Positions 20,297 to 28,741 of a stretch of 54,414 nt of DNA are shown in pieces. The translations under genes and the position numbers were made by a program. The stretch is from a virus. Under the pieces are notes generated by a model that had not been told where the DNA came from, made no database searches, and saw only the letters and a program-made list of their open reading frames with translations. How positions within the stretch are numbered: position 1 is the stretch's first letter; the number at the start of each line of letters is the position of its first letter. The stretch lies in UHGV virus genome UHGV-0203854, one strand, 5' to 3'.

Positions 20297-20809
20297 ATGC
20301 AAATTAAAACAAATGACGGTACTTATTCTGTAGGCTCTAACGGCAAGACTAACACAGCTCTTGGGCTTGGTATTGCAGGGCTGGCAACGGCTTTGCTTGG
20401 TGGCAATGTCTTTGGCGGTGTAGCTCCGAACGTGGGGCAGACCACTCCAGACGGTCGCTTTGTGACTAAGGCCGAGCTTGACATGTCGATGCAGTTGCAG
20501 AACAAGGACTTGGAACTGGCTAAGTGCAGTTCGACCTTGGCTCTGAAAGAGAGCGAGAACTACACCGACAAGAAGTTGGTGGAGGTGTATGCCAACATGG
20601 AGAACCAGATTAACCGTGTAAGGGACAAGATGGAAGCTGACCGCAGGGCGCAGGAACAGATTAACGCTCAGCAGATGGCCTACAATGCAGCAGCCAACGC
20701 CAACATTGACGTGCTGAAATCGCAAGTGGCTTCATTGGCGAGTGTGACTAAGGTTTACATACCTTCTTCTAACATCTGTCAGAGTAACTGTTGCGGTTGC
20801 AACTCATAG
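20297..20809 (+). CDS. Gly-rich hydrophobic segment + coiled-coil protein with Cys-rich tail
   Basis: TALGLGIAGLATALLGG, then a coiled coil, ending CQSNCCGCNS. Confidence 0.8.
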   Translation: MQIKTNDGTYSVGSNGKTNTALGLGIAGLATALLGGNVFGGVAPNVGQTTPDGRFVTKAELDMSMQLQNKDLELAKCSSTLALKESENYTDKKLVEVYANMENQINRVRDKMEADRRAQEQINAQQMAYNAAANANIDVLKSQVASLASVTKVYIPSSNICQSNCCGCNS

Positions 20810-20824
20810 CAGAAAGGAGGGCTT

Positions 20825-21244
20825 ATGTACAGCAATGCAGAAAAGTTGGCAACGGTAGTTGCCTATTGGGCACGTCCAGCGATTAGTCAGGTGGCTACAA
20901 CGAAGTTGTTGCAGTTGCCAGTGATGCAGTCTGCTCAAGCAAGCCTGATGGCTTCGGGCATGGTTGGCAGTGGTTACAGTCTTGCTTCGGACATTCAGCC
21001 TTTTGTAGAGCCAATTATCAATAGTCTTGTTACCCCGATGTTGAACCGATATTTTGAGGGTATTCCAGACGAGGCGATACCTAAGACTGCCCGTGCCATA
21101 GTTGACAAGATGAAGCAGCAGCGGACGTTTTCGATTTTAGATGGGCTGATAACGTTTGAGGAGGCCGATATTTTGGAACTTGATGCGTTGCTGTCTAAGA
21201 ACCTGCCTGTAGAGACTGATACTAATTATCAACTTGTTAAATGA
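20825..21244 (+). CDS. Hypothetical protein (Cys-rich operon)
   Basis: Clean ORF preceded by AGAAAGGAGG. Confidence 0.8.
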   Translation: MYSNAEKLATVVAYWARPAISQVATTKLLQLPVMQSAQASLMASGMVGSGYSLASDIQPFVEPIINSLVTPMLNRYFEGIPDEAIPKTARAIVDKMKQQRTFSILDGLITFEEADILELDALLSKNLPVETDTNYQLVK

Positions 21245-21672
21245 CAGAAGCTATGAGAAGTAATCCTGCAATAATACATGCCACGTTAGCGGTGGGAGCT
21301 TCGGCAACTGCCCCTTATTATGACGTGAACATCACGCAACAGCTGTGTAGTGCAGCTTGTTGTGATGAGACCCCTGTCTTTGCGCCTAAGTTTTCGGTGA
21401 AAAGCATTGAGAATGTGGGAGCGAGTCAGTATTTGATTAACATACATGTGGAGGGTACTATCAGTTACATGCCTTGTGGTTGCGGTTGTTGTGCAACGAG
21501 AACGCAGATGATTTCGCAAGATTTTGCTGTTCCTGCTTTTAGTGCCACTGCCATTACGGGTGCGACACTGACGGTAGGTGCGTCAAGCAATGCTGTGCCG
21601 AAACCACCTTGTCAGTCATGCTCTCGCACGTTTGTGAGTGACACGCCTGTAACTATAACGCTGACCACGTGA
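21241..21672 (+). CDS. Cys-rich beta-strand protein
   Basis: LCSAACC, PCGCGCC and PCQSC clusters. Confidence 0.8.
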   Translation: MTEAMRSNPAIIHATLAVGASATAPYYDVNITQQLCSAACCDETPVFAPKFSVKSIENVGASQYLINIHVEGTISYMPCGCGCCATRTQMISQDFAVPAFSATAITGATLTVGASSNAVPKPPCQSCSRTFVSDTPVTITLTT

Positions 21673-21962
21673 TGAGTATATTAGCGACAGCAACGGCATC
21701 AATGATAATAGCTACCTTGTCGGTGCATTTGGGTTTGTTTGACGCAGTATTGTCTGTGTCTAAGAAGATTGCGAGCTGTTCGCAGTGTGCTACGTTCTGG
21801 GGTACTTTGACGGCATTGTCGGTGCTGTGTGACGGTGGCATTGTTGTTGATGTCGTGTTGTCGATAATTGCTGCATACGCGAGTAACTGGTTTGTGTTGT
21901 TGCTCATGTGTGCGCAGTACAAATATGAGAAGTTATGGCAAAAAATAAAGAGATTAAAATAA
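21669..21962 (+). CDS. Small membrane protein with CxxC..FW motif (DUF1360-like)
   Basis: Three hydrophobic segments; SCSQCATFW. Confidence 0.65.
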   Translation: MMSILATATASMIIATLSVHLGLFDAVLSVSKKIASCSQCATFWGTLTALSVLCDGGIVVDVVLSIIAAYASNWFVLLLMCAQYKYEKLWQKIKRLK

Positions 21963-22060
21963 AGAAAGAGGTGCAGGGTGTGCCGTTTACGTTCAGACGG
22001 ATAGTCTGGAGGGGTACGTTTACGCCTGTGCCAAGAATGAAATGTCCTAATTGTAAGTGA
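21935..22060 (+). CDS. 41-aa basic peptide ending CPNCK (not in the ORF track)
   Basis: MAKNKEIKIKKEVQGVPFTFRRIVWRGTFTPVPRMKCPNCK; fills the gap exactly, its stop abuts the next ATG. Confidence 0.6.
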   Translation: MAKNKEIKIKKEVQGVPFTFRRIVWRGTFTPVPRMKCPNCK

Positions 22061-22061
22061 T

Positions 22062-22556
22062 ATGGATTACAAAGAGATGATAAAGGCAGCGCAGGCAAAA
22101 GGTCTTGCGAGCGAAAAGAAGATGTGGGAAAGTGTTGCCCTGATGGGCAAGGAAATGGAATGCTTGAAGCGTGACAACCCGAAGATGTTTTGGCGCATTA
22201 TGCGCAAGCAGCACGGCATTATGTATGACAGACACTATCAGGCGGAGTTTGCCGACTATGATGTTGGGCAACTATGTTACACGGACGCAAAAGGCGTGAA
22301 GCGTGAGGGTCCACATTGGACGAGAGAGCAGATTAAGGCGGCTACGGCATCGCAAGCGTTCCCCGTGGGCGTAACGGACTATGACAAGTATGTGGCGTAT
22401 AATGCCACCTATGCAGACTTTTGTAAAGAGTTTTGCGAATGCGATATTTTAAAGATGGCGCATCTGTTTTGGTTTGCTGATGAGGACTGGAATAATGATA
22501 CTGCATGTACCAAAATTTGGGACTACATGTGTACACATGCAACTTTATTACAATGA
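22062..22556 (+). CDS. Conserved phage hypothetical protein (Cys-rich operon)
   Basis: GPHWTREQI, YDKYVAYNATYADF and WFADED...KIWDY motifs. Confidence 0.75.
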   Translation: MDYKEMIKAAQAKGLASEKKMWESVALMGKEMECLKRDNPKMFWRIMRKQHGIMYDRHYQAEFADYDVGQLCYTDAKGVKREGPHWTREQIKAATASQAFPVGVTDYDKYVAYNATYADFCKEFCECDILKMAHLFWFADEDWNNDTACTKIWDYMCTHATLLQ

Positions 22557-22717
22557 ACGAAAAAAGCACATTTGAGACCTTTATGACTGTTTTTTGCATT
22601 AAAACGAACGAATTAAATGTGCAAACAAGGAAAATAGTCTGTACAAAGAAAAAACTCAACTAAAAAGTATAGCATAGTTTTTTGCATAGATTATGCTTTT
22701 TATTAATTTAATTGTTG

Positions 22718-22725
22718 TATCTTTG
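22718..22725 (+). promoter_or_regulatory. -7 promoter element for lysis genes
   Basis: TATCTTTG about 30 nt before the ATG. Confidence 0.6.
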
Positions 22726-22756
22726 TGACAATTATTAACTTAAATATCATAAAGAT

Positions 22757-23146
22757 ATGACAAACACAATCGTAACGATTATTAGCTCTTTAGGAGGATA
22801 TGAGTTTGTTAAATGGCTGTATCGTATATTGACCAATCGGTTAAACGAAAAGCGAATTAACAAAGCAGAAGCTGACCTTAAAGAGTTTGACGCATTGCGT
22901 CAGCAAGTAGAAGCACTTGAGAAGCACAACCAAGAGAAAGAAGAACGGTTTGAAGCACAAATCAAGAAAGTGCGAAAGATGCAAGAAGAATACCTTGCTC
23001 TTAGAGACGAGCTGCACAAGCAAAAAACAGAGAATAACGATTTAAAAAACCAGCTCGCAGACATTAATGCGAAGTATGAAGACATTAAGGCTAAGTATGA
23101 AGACATTAAAGCGAAGTATGAACAATTAAAGAGTATTCTGCAATAA
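22757..23146 (+). CDS. Holin-like protein (N-terminal hydrophobic helix + coiled coil)
   Basis: IISSLGGYEFVKWL start; directly upstream of the endolysin. Confidence 0.55.
   Translation: MTNTIVTIISSLGGYEFVKWLYRILTNRLNEKRINKAEADLKEFDALRQQVEALEKHNQEKEERFEAQIKKVRKMQEEYLALRDELHKQKTENNDLKNQLADINAKYEDIKAKYEDIKAKYEQLKSILQ
23060..23122 (+). repeat. Three 21-bp tandem repeats (heptad DIxAKYE)
   Basis: GACATTAAnGCnAAGTATGAA x3. Confidence 0.9.
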
Positions 23147-23161
23147 ACAAGACAAGAAAAA

Positions 23162-23599
23162 ATGATACTAACAAAGAACTTTGCGTTAGAAGAACTTACC
23201 GCAAGCGAAACAGCGAACAGGTTAAAGATAAATAACACGCCACCAGCAGAAGTGCAAGCGAAGTTGAGATTACTGTGTGAGTACATTCTACAGCCGTTGC
23301 GTGAAGCATACGGAAAGCCAATTATTGTGAGTAGTGCCTATCGTTGTGATGCGCTCAATCGGGCCGTTGGCGGTGCGTCTAATTCTGACCATAAATTTGG
23401 CTGTGCAGCAGACATACACACATTGTCTAACGTGCCTGCATGTAACAAAGAACTATTTGACATTGCCGTTAATCTGATGCGCAACGGTAAGCTAAAGCAC
23501 GTTAAACAGATAATTGACGAATACAATTATAAGTGGATACACATCTCTTATCAAGATGGGCGAACAATAAAGCGTAATCAAGTTTTGCACCTTGGGTAA
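23162..23599 (+). CDS. Endolysin, peptidase M15 family
   Basis: SAYRC..LNRAVGG...SDH..G.AAD and WIHISY zinc motifs. Confidence 0.92.
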   Translation: MILTKNFALEELTASETANRLKINNTPPAEVQAKLRLLCEYILQPLREAYGKPIIVSSAYRCDALNRAVGGASNSDHKFGCAADIHTLSNVPACNKELFDIAVNLMRNGKLKHVKQIIDEYNYKWIHISYQDGRTIKRNQVLHLG

Positions 23600-23663
23600 T
23601 CCAAAAATCCTTAACAATAAGAAAATTTTCGTGTTTTTTCTTGGCTATTAATAGTAATTTTAC

Positions 23664-23671
23664 TACTTTTG
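23664..23671 (+). promoter_or_regulatory. -7 promoter element for hicAB
   Basis: TACTTTTG with TTG about 20 nt upstream. Confidence 0.65.
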
Positions 23672-23693
23672 CAAAGGGTTTAAGATGCAGTTC

Positions 23694-23891
23694 ATGAACA
23701 ATAAAAAAGTATCGCAAATCTTAGATGCGTTAGAAAAAGACGGCTGGCGCATTGTGGCACAAAAAGGCAGCCACCGACAGTTGAAACACCCTACCAAAAA
23801 AGGAAAAGTAACTGTAAACGGAAAAAAGAGTGATGTTATTTGTGCGTTTTTACTCAAGTCAATTGAGTCTCAATCAGGGTTGAAGTTTTAA
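23694..23891 (+). CDS. hicA: HicA toxin (mRNA interferase)
   Basis: LEKDGW....KGSHRQLKHP.KKGKVTV motif. Confidence 0.92.
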   Translation: MNNKKVSQILDALEKDGWRIVAQKGSHRQLKHPTKKGKVTVNGKKSDVICAFLLKSIESQSGLKF

Positions 23892-23928
23892 ACTTCGCCC
23901 TTTTGAGGCTTCGCAAATTTATATAATT

Positions 23929-24336
23929 ATGAATAAAGTTATTATGCACACAGGTATTACTAAGACAGGATACTGTTGCACTTGTGATTTATTGCCTGGC
24001 TGGATTGTTACAGGGTCTAAAAGTTTTGACGAATTTAAAAACGAGGTGCAAGAAAGTATTGAGTTTTACGTTCAGTGCGCTAAAGAACAGCATGACACCT
24101 ATCCCCATATACTTGACAGCAACTTTGTGATTATTTATAAATTTAACGTTCAGTCACTTTTAGAATACTATCGTGGAATTTTTTCTTTTGCTGCTTTACA
24201 AACAATTACAGGTATTAACCAGAAACAGCTTGCACATTATGCGTCAGGTGTTTCAAAACCTCGCCCAAAACAAGTTGAAAAAATTGCAAAAGGTCTTCAC
24301 GCTCTTGCAAACGAGCTTATGACTATTACGGTATAA
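23929..24336 (+). CDS. hicB: HicB-like antitoxin with C-terminal HTH
   Basis: Downstream of hicA; RNase H-like N-terminus; TGINQKQLAHYASGVSKPR HTH. Confidence 0.85.
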   Translation: MNKVIMHTGITKTGYCCTCDLLPGWIVTGSKSFDEFKNEVQESIEFYVQCAKEQHDTYPHILDSNFVIIYKFNVQSLLEYYRGIFSFAALQTITGINQKQLAHYASGVSKPRPKQVEKIAKGLHALANELMTITV

Positions 24337-24349
24337 CAGCATAATTTAT

Positions 24350-24373
24350 GAGGGCGTTTTATATTACGCCCTC
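24350..24373. terminator. Hairpin between convergent hicB and integrase
   Basis: GAGGGCGT / ACGCCCTC inverted repeat. Confidence 0.6.
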
Positions 24374-25552
24374 CCCCTTGCCATACAGTACAAAATCTAT
24401 TACTTTGCGATTTGCAGCATCTACTTTTCGCAAATCAAAATCAATATAAATATCTGTAACAGTATTTTGACCATGCCCAAGAGCATGTGCAATCGTTTCT
24501 TTCGGAATGTCAAGTTGTGCAGCTATAGTTGCCCAGCTGTGTCTTGCCCAATACAAAGAAATGTCTTTTTTGTGAGTAATGCGTTTTATTTCACGATTAA
24601 TACTCATTCCTGCACGATGTGCATTAATAAACCTGCGGTACAACCACAATAAACGACTCCTACCTTTGTATTTGTCAATAATCACTTGCGCTTCTGGCTC
24701 TACTTTGATAGAATAATGTCTACCAGTCTTTGCTCTATCATATTCTATTCGACCGTATTCAACTTCTTTAAGATTGTACAAATCTGCAATGTTGATACCA
24801 ATAAGCAAAAAAGACAGACGGAAAGCGTCAATTAATTCCTGTTCGTTAAAATTATCCGCATCTTCCGTCATGAGCTTGCGCAATATTGCAATCGGCAACG
24901 CTCGTTTACGTGTTGTTTCTGACTTAATTTTAAATTGTCTAAAAGGATAATATGTAGTTAATTCGTCTGTGATTGCGGAATTAAATACTGCACGTATGTT
25001 GCGAAAGTGAATGCTTCTTCCATTAACAGAATGAGAGTTCTTTTGTAGGTATTTATCGAAGTTTGTAAGGTATATTGCATTAACATCTGTGTATAGACGG
25101 TTTTCAAAGTCTTTGTCGAACTGTTTAAGCCTGTTCAGTGTAACTTGATAAATCTCTTTTGTACGTTGTTTTCTACATTGTTCGATATAGCGCAAGTATT
25201 GTGGATATATCAAGTTTTTCTCACGCTCTCTAACAGGGTCAAGTCGTTCGGCTAACTTATTCTTAATATATGTTGCACTGTGCAACAATAGATGTTCGTC
25301 TTCGTCTATCATTGTTCGCAGCGTAAGTTCTGCTTTCATTTTCGCTTTTAGTATAATACTGTTATATATTGTCCGCTCAGGGTGATTAATTAACACACAC
25401 CGCTTTTTATCCCAAAATTCAGGACGGAAACGGAAGCCAAGGCTAAGCAATGCCGTTTGGTGACTAAAATTAATAGCAAGCTTTAACGGAGCTTCTTGCC
25501 AATCTTCAAGCCCTCTTGTATCAAGATACAGTTTTGTTTTAATTAAGTTCAT
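24359..25552 (-). CDS. int: Tyrosine integrase (Bacteroidota type)
   Basis: Arm-binding YLDTR start, SAM-like domain, R.KT, YWARHSWATIA and LGH...VTDIY catalytic motifs. Confidence 0.95.
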   Translation of the reverse strand: MNLIKTKLYLDTRGLEDWQEAPLKLAINFSHQTALLSLGFRFRPEFWDKKRCVLINHPERTIYNSIILKAKMKAELTLRTMIDEDEHLLLHSATYIKNKLAERLDPVREREKNLIYPQYLRYIEQCRKQRTKEIYQVTLNRLKQFDKDFENRLYTDVNAIYLTNFDKYLQKNSHSVNGRSIHFRNIRAVFNSAITDELTTYYPFRQFKIKSETTRKRALPIAILRKLMTEDADNFNEQELIDAFRLSFLLIGINIADLYNLKEVEYGRIEYDRAKTGRHYSIKVEPEAQVIIDKYKGRSRLLWLYRRFINAHRAGMSINREIKRITHKKDISLYWARHSWATIAAQLDIPKETIAHALGHGQNTVTDIYIDFDLRKVDAANRKVIDFVLYGKGEGVI

Positions 25553-25642
25553 GATTTTTGCAATTTTAGTGCAGGCTGTTGACGGTATTAGTGCATATTG
25601 AAATACACTAAAATACATTTACAGTCTTTTTTTTTATTGTTG

Positions 25643-25650
25643 CAAAAGTA
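25643..25650 (-). promoter_or_regulatory. -7 promoter element for the integrase
   Basis: TACTTTTG on the minus strand. Confidence 0.55.
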
Positions 25651-25700
25651 TATTTTTCCACGCTTTCATTTTGCGCAATTCCCTTTAAATCTGTTAGTTA

Positions 25701-25760
25701 TGCGGAAAGAGGGGGATTCGAACCCCCGTTACGCTTTTTACGTAAACACGCTTTCCAGAC
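25701..25760 (-). other. attP core: 3' half of tRNA-Ser(GGA)
   Basis: Minus strand reads CTGGAAAGCGTG, long variable arm, GGGGGTTCGAATCCCCC, TCTTTCCGCA; the 5' half is absent; lies next to the integrase. Confidence 0.88.
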
Positions 25761-25846
25761 GCAAAAGAAAGAAAACAATTAACGAACAGATTATTAGACA
25801 TTTGCGCAATGCTTTGAAACACACCTTTTGCATGCGGATTGTAGAT

Positions 25847-26275
25847 TTATTTTCGGCTTCGAGCCATTGCACTTGCAAACAAATCGTTTAATTCTTTTTC
25901 GGCTTTTTGCCATTTTGCATCTAAATCCGCAATTTCGTCTTTTGTAAATTGTTCGGGGTGATACGCATATTTTTCTACCTGTTGCGGTGTCATGACTTTA
26001 AGATACTTTTCGTAGCTAAGCATTAGTTCAAGTCGTGACTTTTGCTTCTGCAACAAGTCTGGCAGAGGTGCGCCCTCGCCTAACAGCAACCATCGTGCAT
26101 TGACTTGTGGGAACTGCCGTAAAACTTCAGTTACAGGCGTAATACCAACGCTTTTATCAGTTAATACCTTGTAGGCGTATTGATAACTCCAACCCATAAT
26201 GCGTGCAAACTCGGCAGGTTTTCCGTATGCGTACACATCACAAATAAATTTCATTCGTTCGTTAATTGTCTTCAT
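25847..26275 (-). CDS. HTH transcriptional regulator (repressor-like)
   Basis: TINERM...AEFARIMG...FPQVNARWLLLGEG motif. Confidence 0.8.
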   Translation of the reverse strand: MKTINERMKFICDVYAYGKPAEFARIMGWSYQYAYKVLTDKSVGITPVTEVLRQFPQVNARWLLLGEGAPLPDLLQKQKSRLELMLSYEKYLKVMTPQQVEKYAYHPEQFTKDEIADLDAKWQKAEKELNDLFASAMARSRK

Positions 26276-26285
26276 TTAGTTTGTG

Positions 26286-26666
26286 TTATATAAGCTCTAC
26301 TGTTACGCCACCACCGTTATTGGTGTACACATCATTAACAATAGTGGCGTGCTTGTATTTTCTTTGAAGTTTTTTAAGTAAAGTAGATTTCGTTATTTTT
26401 GTGTTTATTGTTGTTATGTATATTGCAATTCTGCGACCGACAGCAGAAATCTCGTAATATCCGTAACATATTCTTTCTCTTGCGTGCAATACTGACCCTG
26501 TTGTTCTGTATGTTGTTATATCCTTGTCTATCTCAACACACAATTTTTCAAAATAAGCGGTTTCTGCACCATCTTTATCACCGTCCTTATCGTCGTCGCT
26601 ACAAGATGTTAAAGTACATGCACAACACATCAGCAATGTAATAAACAGATATTTTGTCGCTCTCAT
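26286..26666 (-). CDS. Lipoprotein (candidate superinfection exclusion)
   Basis: Signal peptide II LTSC followed by acidic SDDDKD export signal. Confidence 0.8.
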   Translation of the reverse strand: MRATKYLFITLLMCCACTLTSCSDDDKDGDKDGAETAYFEKLCVEIDKDITTYRTTGSVLHARERICYGYYEISAVGRRIAIYITTINTKITKSTLLKKLQRKYKHATIVNDVYTNNGGGVTVELI

Positions 26667-26670
26667 AATG

Positions 26671-27074
26671 TTATCTTTTAGTAAATGTTGATGTTGTTGT
26701 ATAACCGTTCATTTGTTCTTTCCAGGTCATTCTTCTGCCATCTTCTGAAATTGTTACGGTATAATGGTCTGTATAAGTTTTACCATCTTCTTTGCCTGTT
26801 ACAGTCAACTGGCCGTTGATGTATGTAAAGCTGTAGCCAAACGAATAGTTTTCACCGTTATTGTTGACTGCACAACTTCCTTTTCCGCTTGCTTTGAAAG
26901 TCCAACGCCAAATACCATCTGTCATGTCATCTTCCTGCCATGTACCTACAATGGATTTGTCTACTTGGTCACTTTCTTTGTCATCATCACTGCACGACAT
27001 TAACGACAGCGTGAGCAAGCTAAATAGCGCAATAAATAAAATTCGGGGGGGGGGGTAATTTTTAACTTTTCCAT
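26671..27074 (-). pseudogene. Lipocalin-like lipoprotein frameshifted by a C11 tract (candidate phase-variable gene, OFF)
   Basis: ATG at 27074 is out of frame. Adding one C gives MEKLKITPPPRILFIALFSLLTLSLMSCSDDDK...IVGTW. Confidence 0.82.
27045..27055 (+). repeat. G11 (C11 on the coding strand) homopolymer
   Basis: ATTC-G11-TAATT. Confidence 0.95.
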
Positions 27075-27077
27075 GTT

Positions 27078-27455
27078 TTAACTTTTTGATTGTTGTAAAC
27101 TTATATTTGGTTTGCTTGCAAGTTCAATGAACTTATTTAAAAGTGCTTCATGTTTGTTTTCAACCGTCTGCAATGCCTCTGAAAGTCTTGCATTTGTCTT
27201 TTCAAGCCGTTCACGGCTTTCTGTAACTCGTCTTATGTGCGTCTCGTATATATGCTCTAAGTCCGTACACAGATGCTGAAAACCATTACTCATCTTTGCA
27301 AGATGTTGCATCATTACATTTACATTCCCAATTCGTCTTTCCGAACGAGATAACAACTCTTGATAATTGCGATTGGTCTCCATTAGTAATTTGTTTTGCT
27401 CGCTAATAATCTGTGCTTGCTTGTCAAGGCACTCTTGCATCTGTTCATTTGTCAT
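27078..27455 (-). CDS. Coiled-coil hypothetical protein
   Basis: ORF with heptad character in the immunity operon. Confidence 0.7.
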   Translation of the reverse strand: MTNEQMQECLDKQAQIISEQNKLLMETNRNYQELLSRSERRIGNVNVMMQHLAKMSNGFQHLCTDLEHIYETHIRRVTESRERLEKTNARLSEALQTVENKHEALLNKFIELASKPNISLQQSKS

Positions 27456-27504
27456 AAGATTTAAAATTTAATGGTTAGATATGTTATATACATAATGTAA
27501 AAAG

Positions 27505-27915
27505 CTACTTGTTCTTCAGCAACTCTATCATTTCTTGTTTATCTTCAAGTCGTTGTTTCAATAATGCGTTTTCCGTTTCTAACGCTCTTATACGTTCTTT
27601 GAGCACAGCATCAGAACAACCAACGGTTACTTTACTGCCCGCAATATTACTTCCGCTTACGCCATTGTTATCTCCTTGCATGATTTGCGCAATATGTACC
27701 GAATTATTTTGCAACAATGTCGGTAGCTGAGGGAAGGTATCGTAAATACGCTTGATAAAATTATCTGTAAGATACATTTCGTTCCCATTGAGTGCTGCGG
27801 AAATCGTAGACGCATTTGCCCCAAGTTTTTGTGCGAAGTCACTTTTATTTTCTATTAATCCAGCTCCGATTAACGCTCTATATATATCTTGTACCAATAT
27901 TTTTTTGCTTTTCAT
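27505..27915 (-). CDS. CI-like repressor (HTH + C-terminal coiled coil)
   Basis: KSDFAQKLGANASTISAALNGNEMYLTDNF HTH; divergent from the early genes. Confidence 0.8.
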   Translation of the reverse strand: MKSKKILVQDIYRALIGAGLIENKSDFAQKLGANASTISAALNGNEMYLTDNFIKRIYDTFPQLPTLLQNNSVHIAQIMQGDNNGVSGSNIAGSKVTVGCSDAVLKERIRALETENALLKQRLEDKQEMIELLKNK

Positions 27916-27968
27916 TGCCTCTGTAAGTGTTTGATATTCAATTAGTTTTGTTTTGTTAATAATTTTTA

Positions 27969-28073
27969 ACACAGAAAATATGCAGATTTTCGCACATTTT
28001 CTGTGTGTTTACACAGTTTTTGTGTAATTTTGCAATGTAATTAAAAAGCAATTACAAATTAGTTGCAAATATA
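27969..28073. promoter_or_regulatory. Genetic switch: operator-like inverted repeats and face-to-face promoters
   Basis: ACACAGAAAAT/ATTTTCTGTGT (27969-28006); ACACA/TGTGT (28011-28025); TAATTTTG on + (28025-28032); TATATTTG on - (28066-28073). Confidence 0.65.
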
Positions 28074-28099
28074 ATAAATAATAAATTAAAAACAAAACA

Positions 28100-28477
28100 A
28101 TGAGAACGGAAATTACAATTTTTAATCTGAACGGAAACAAAAAAGCAATTCGCCAGTACGCAGAAGATATAGCGTGCCTTACTTCACGCTCATCAAACGC
28201 ATACGTAATGGCAATTGACAAGAACAACGAACCTTTATGGGTGGTACAAGCTGGTGACCAACGTGCAGCAATGACAATCAGCTGGAAAGGTGTTTGCAGG
28301 GTTGAAATATACGACCATTCAATCGATAATAAAAACAAATACGAACAGGCATATCTGACTTCTCAAAAGCAAATGGACGAATACATGCTCGAATGGGAAA
28401 AAGCAAAGAGAAACGGAGCTGAATACACTATCGCAGAGAACAACACACAATATCACGTATTAGGCGGAAGAATATAA
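28100..28477 (+). CDS. Early hypothetical protein
   Basis: First gene of the rightward operon; A-rich start. Confidence 0.75.
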   Translation: MRTEITIFNLNGNKKAIRQYAEDIACLTSRSSNAYVMAIDKNNEPLWVVQAGDQRAAMTISWKGVCRVEIYDHSIDNKNKYEQAYLTSQKQMDEYMLEWEKAKRNGAEYTIAENNTQYHVLGGRI

Positions 28478-28504
28478 ACATAAACAACTTAAAACAACAA
28501 AACA

Positions 28505-28741
28505 ATGAAGACCGCAGAAATCAAAAAACTCAACGAACAAGCAGAAAACACTTACCAGACAATCAATCACATGATGAGCCAGAAAGGCCTCGAATTATTA
28601 GACCTCGCCTATCCCAATCATGATGGCGAACAAGACGGTGAAGCCGTTGCGGAAATGATGACGTTGAGGCAGACACTCTCCTCCCTTGCTACAGCATGTA
28701 AAATTTTACAGGAAAAACTAACAGATGCAATAAACGATTAA
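28505..28741 (+). CDS. Early hypothetical protein
   Basis: Clean ORF with A-rich start. Confidence 0.75.
   Translation: MKTAEIKKLNEQAENTYQTINHMMSQKGLELLDLAYPNHDGEQDGEAVAEMMTLRQTLSSLATACKILQEKLTDAIND

Noticed and set aside
25701..25790. Intact tRNA-Ser gene
   Set aside because: The 5' acceptor strand and D-arm are missing; better explained as attP.
25598..25891. 97-aa plus-strand ORF
   Set aside because: It is an antisense translation of the tRNA-derived attP and the integrase promoter (RKEGDSNPR is a typical tRNA shadow).
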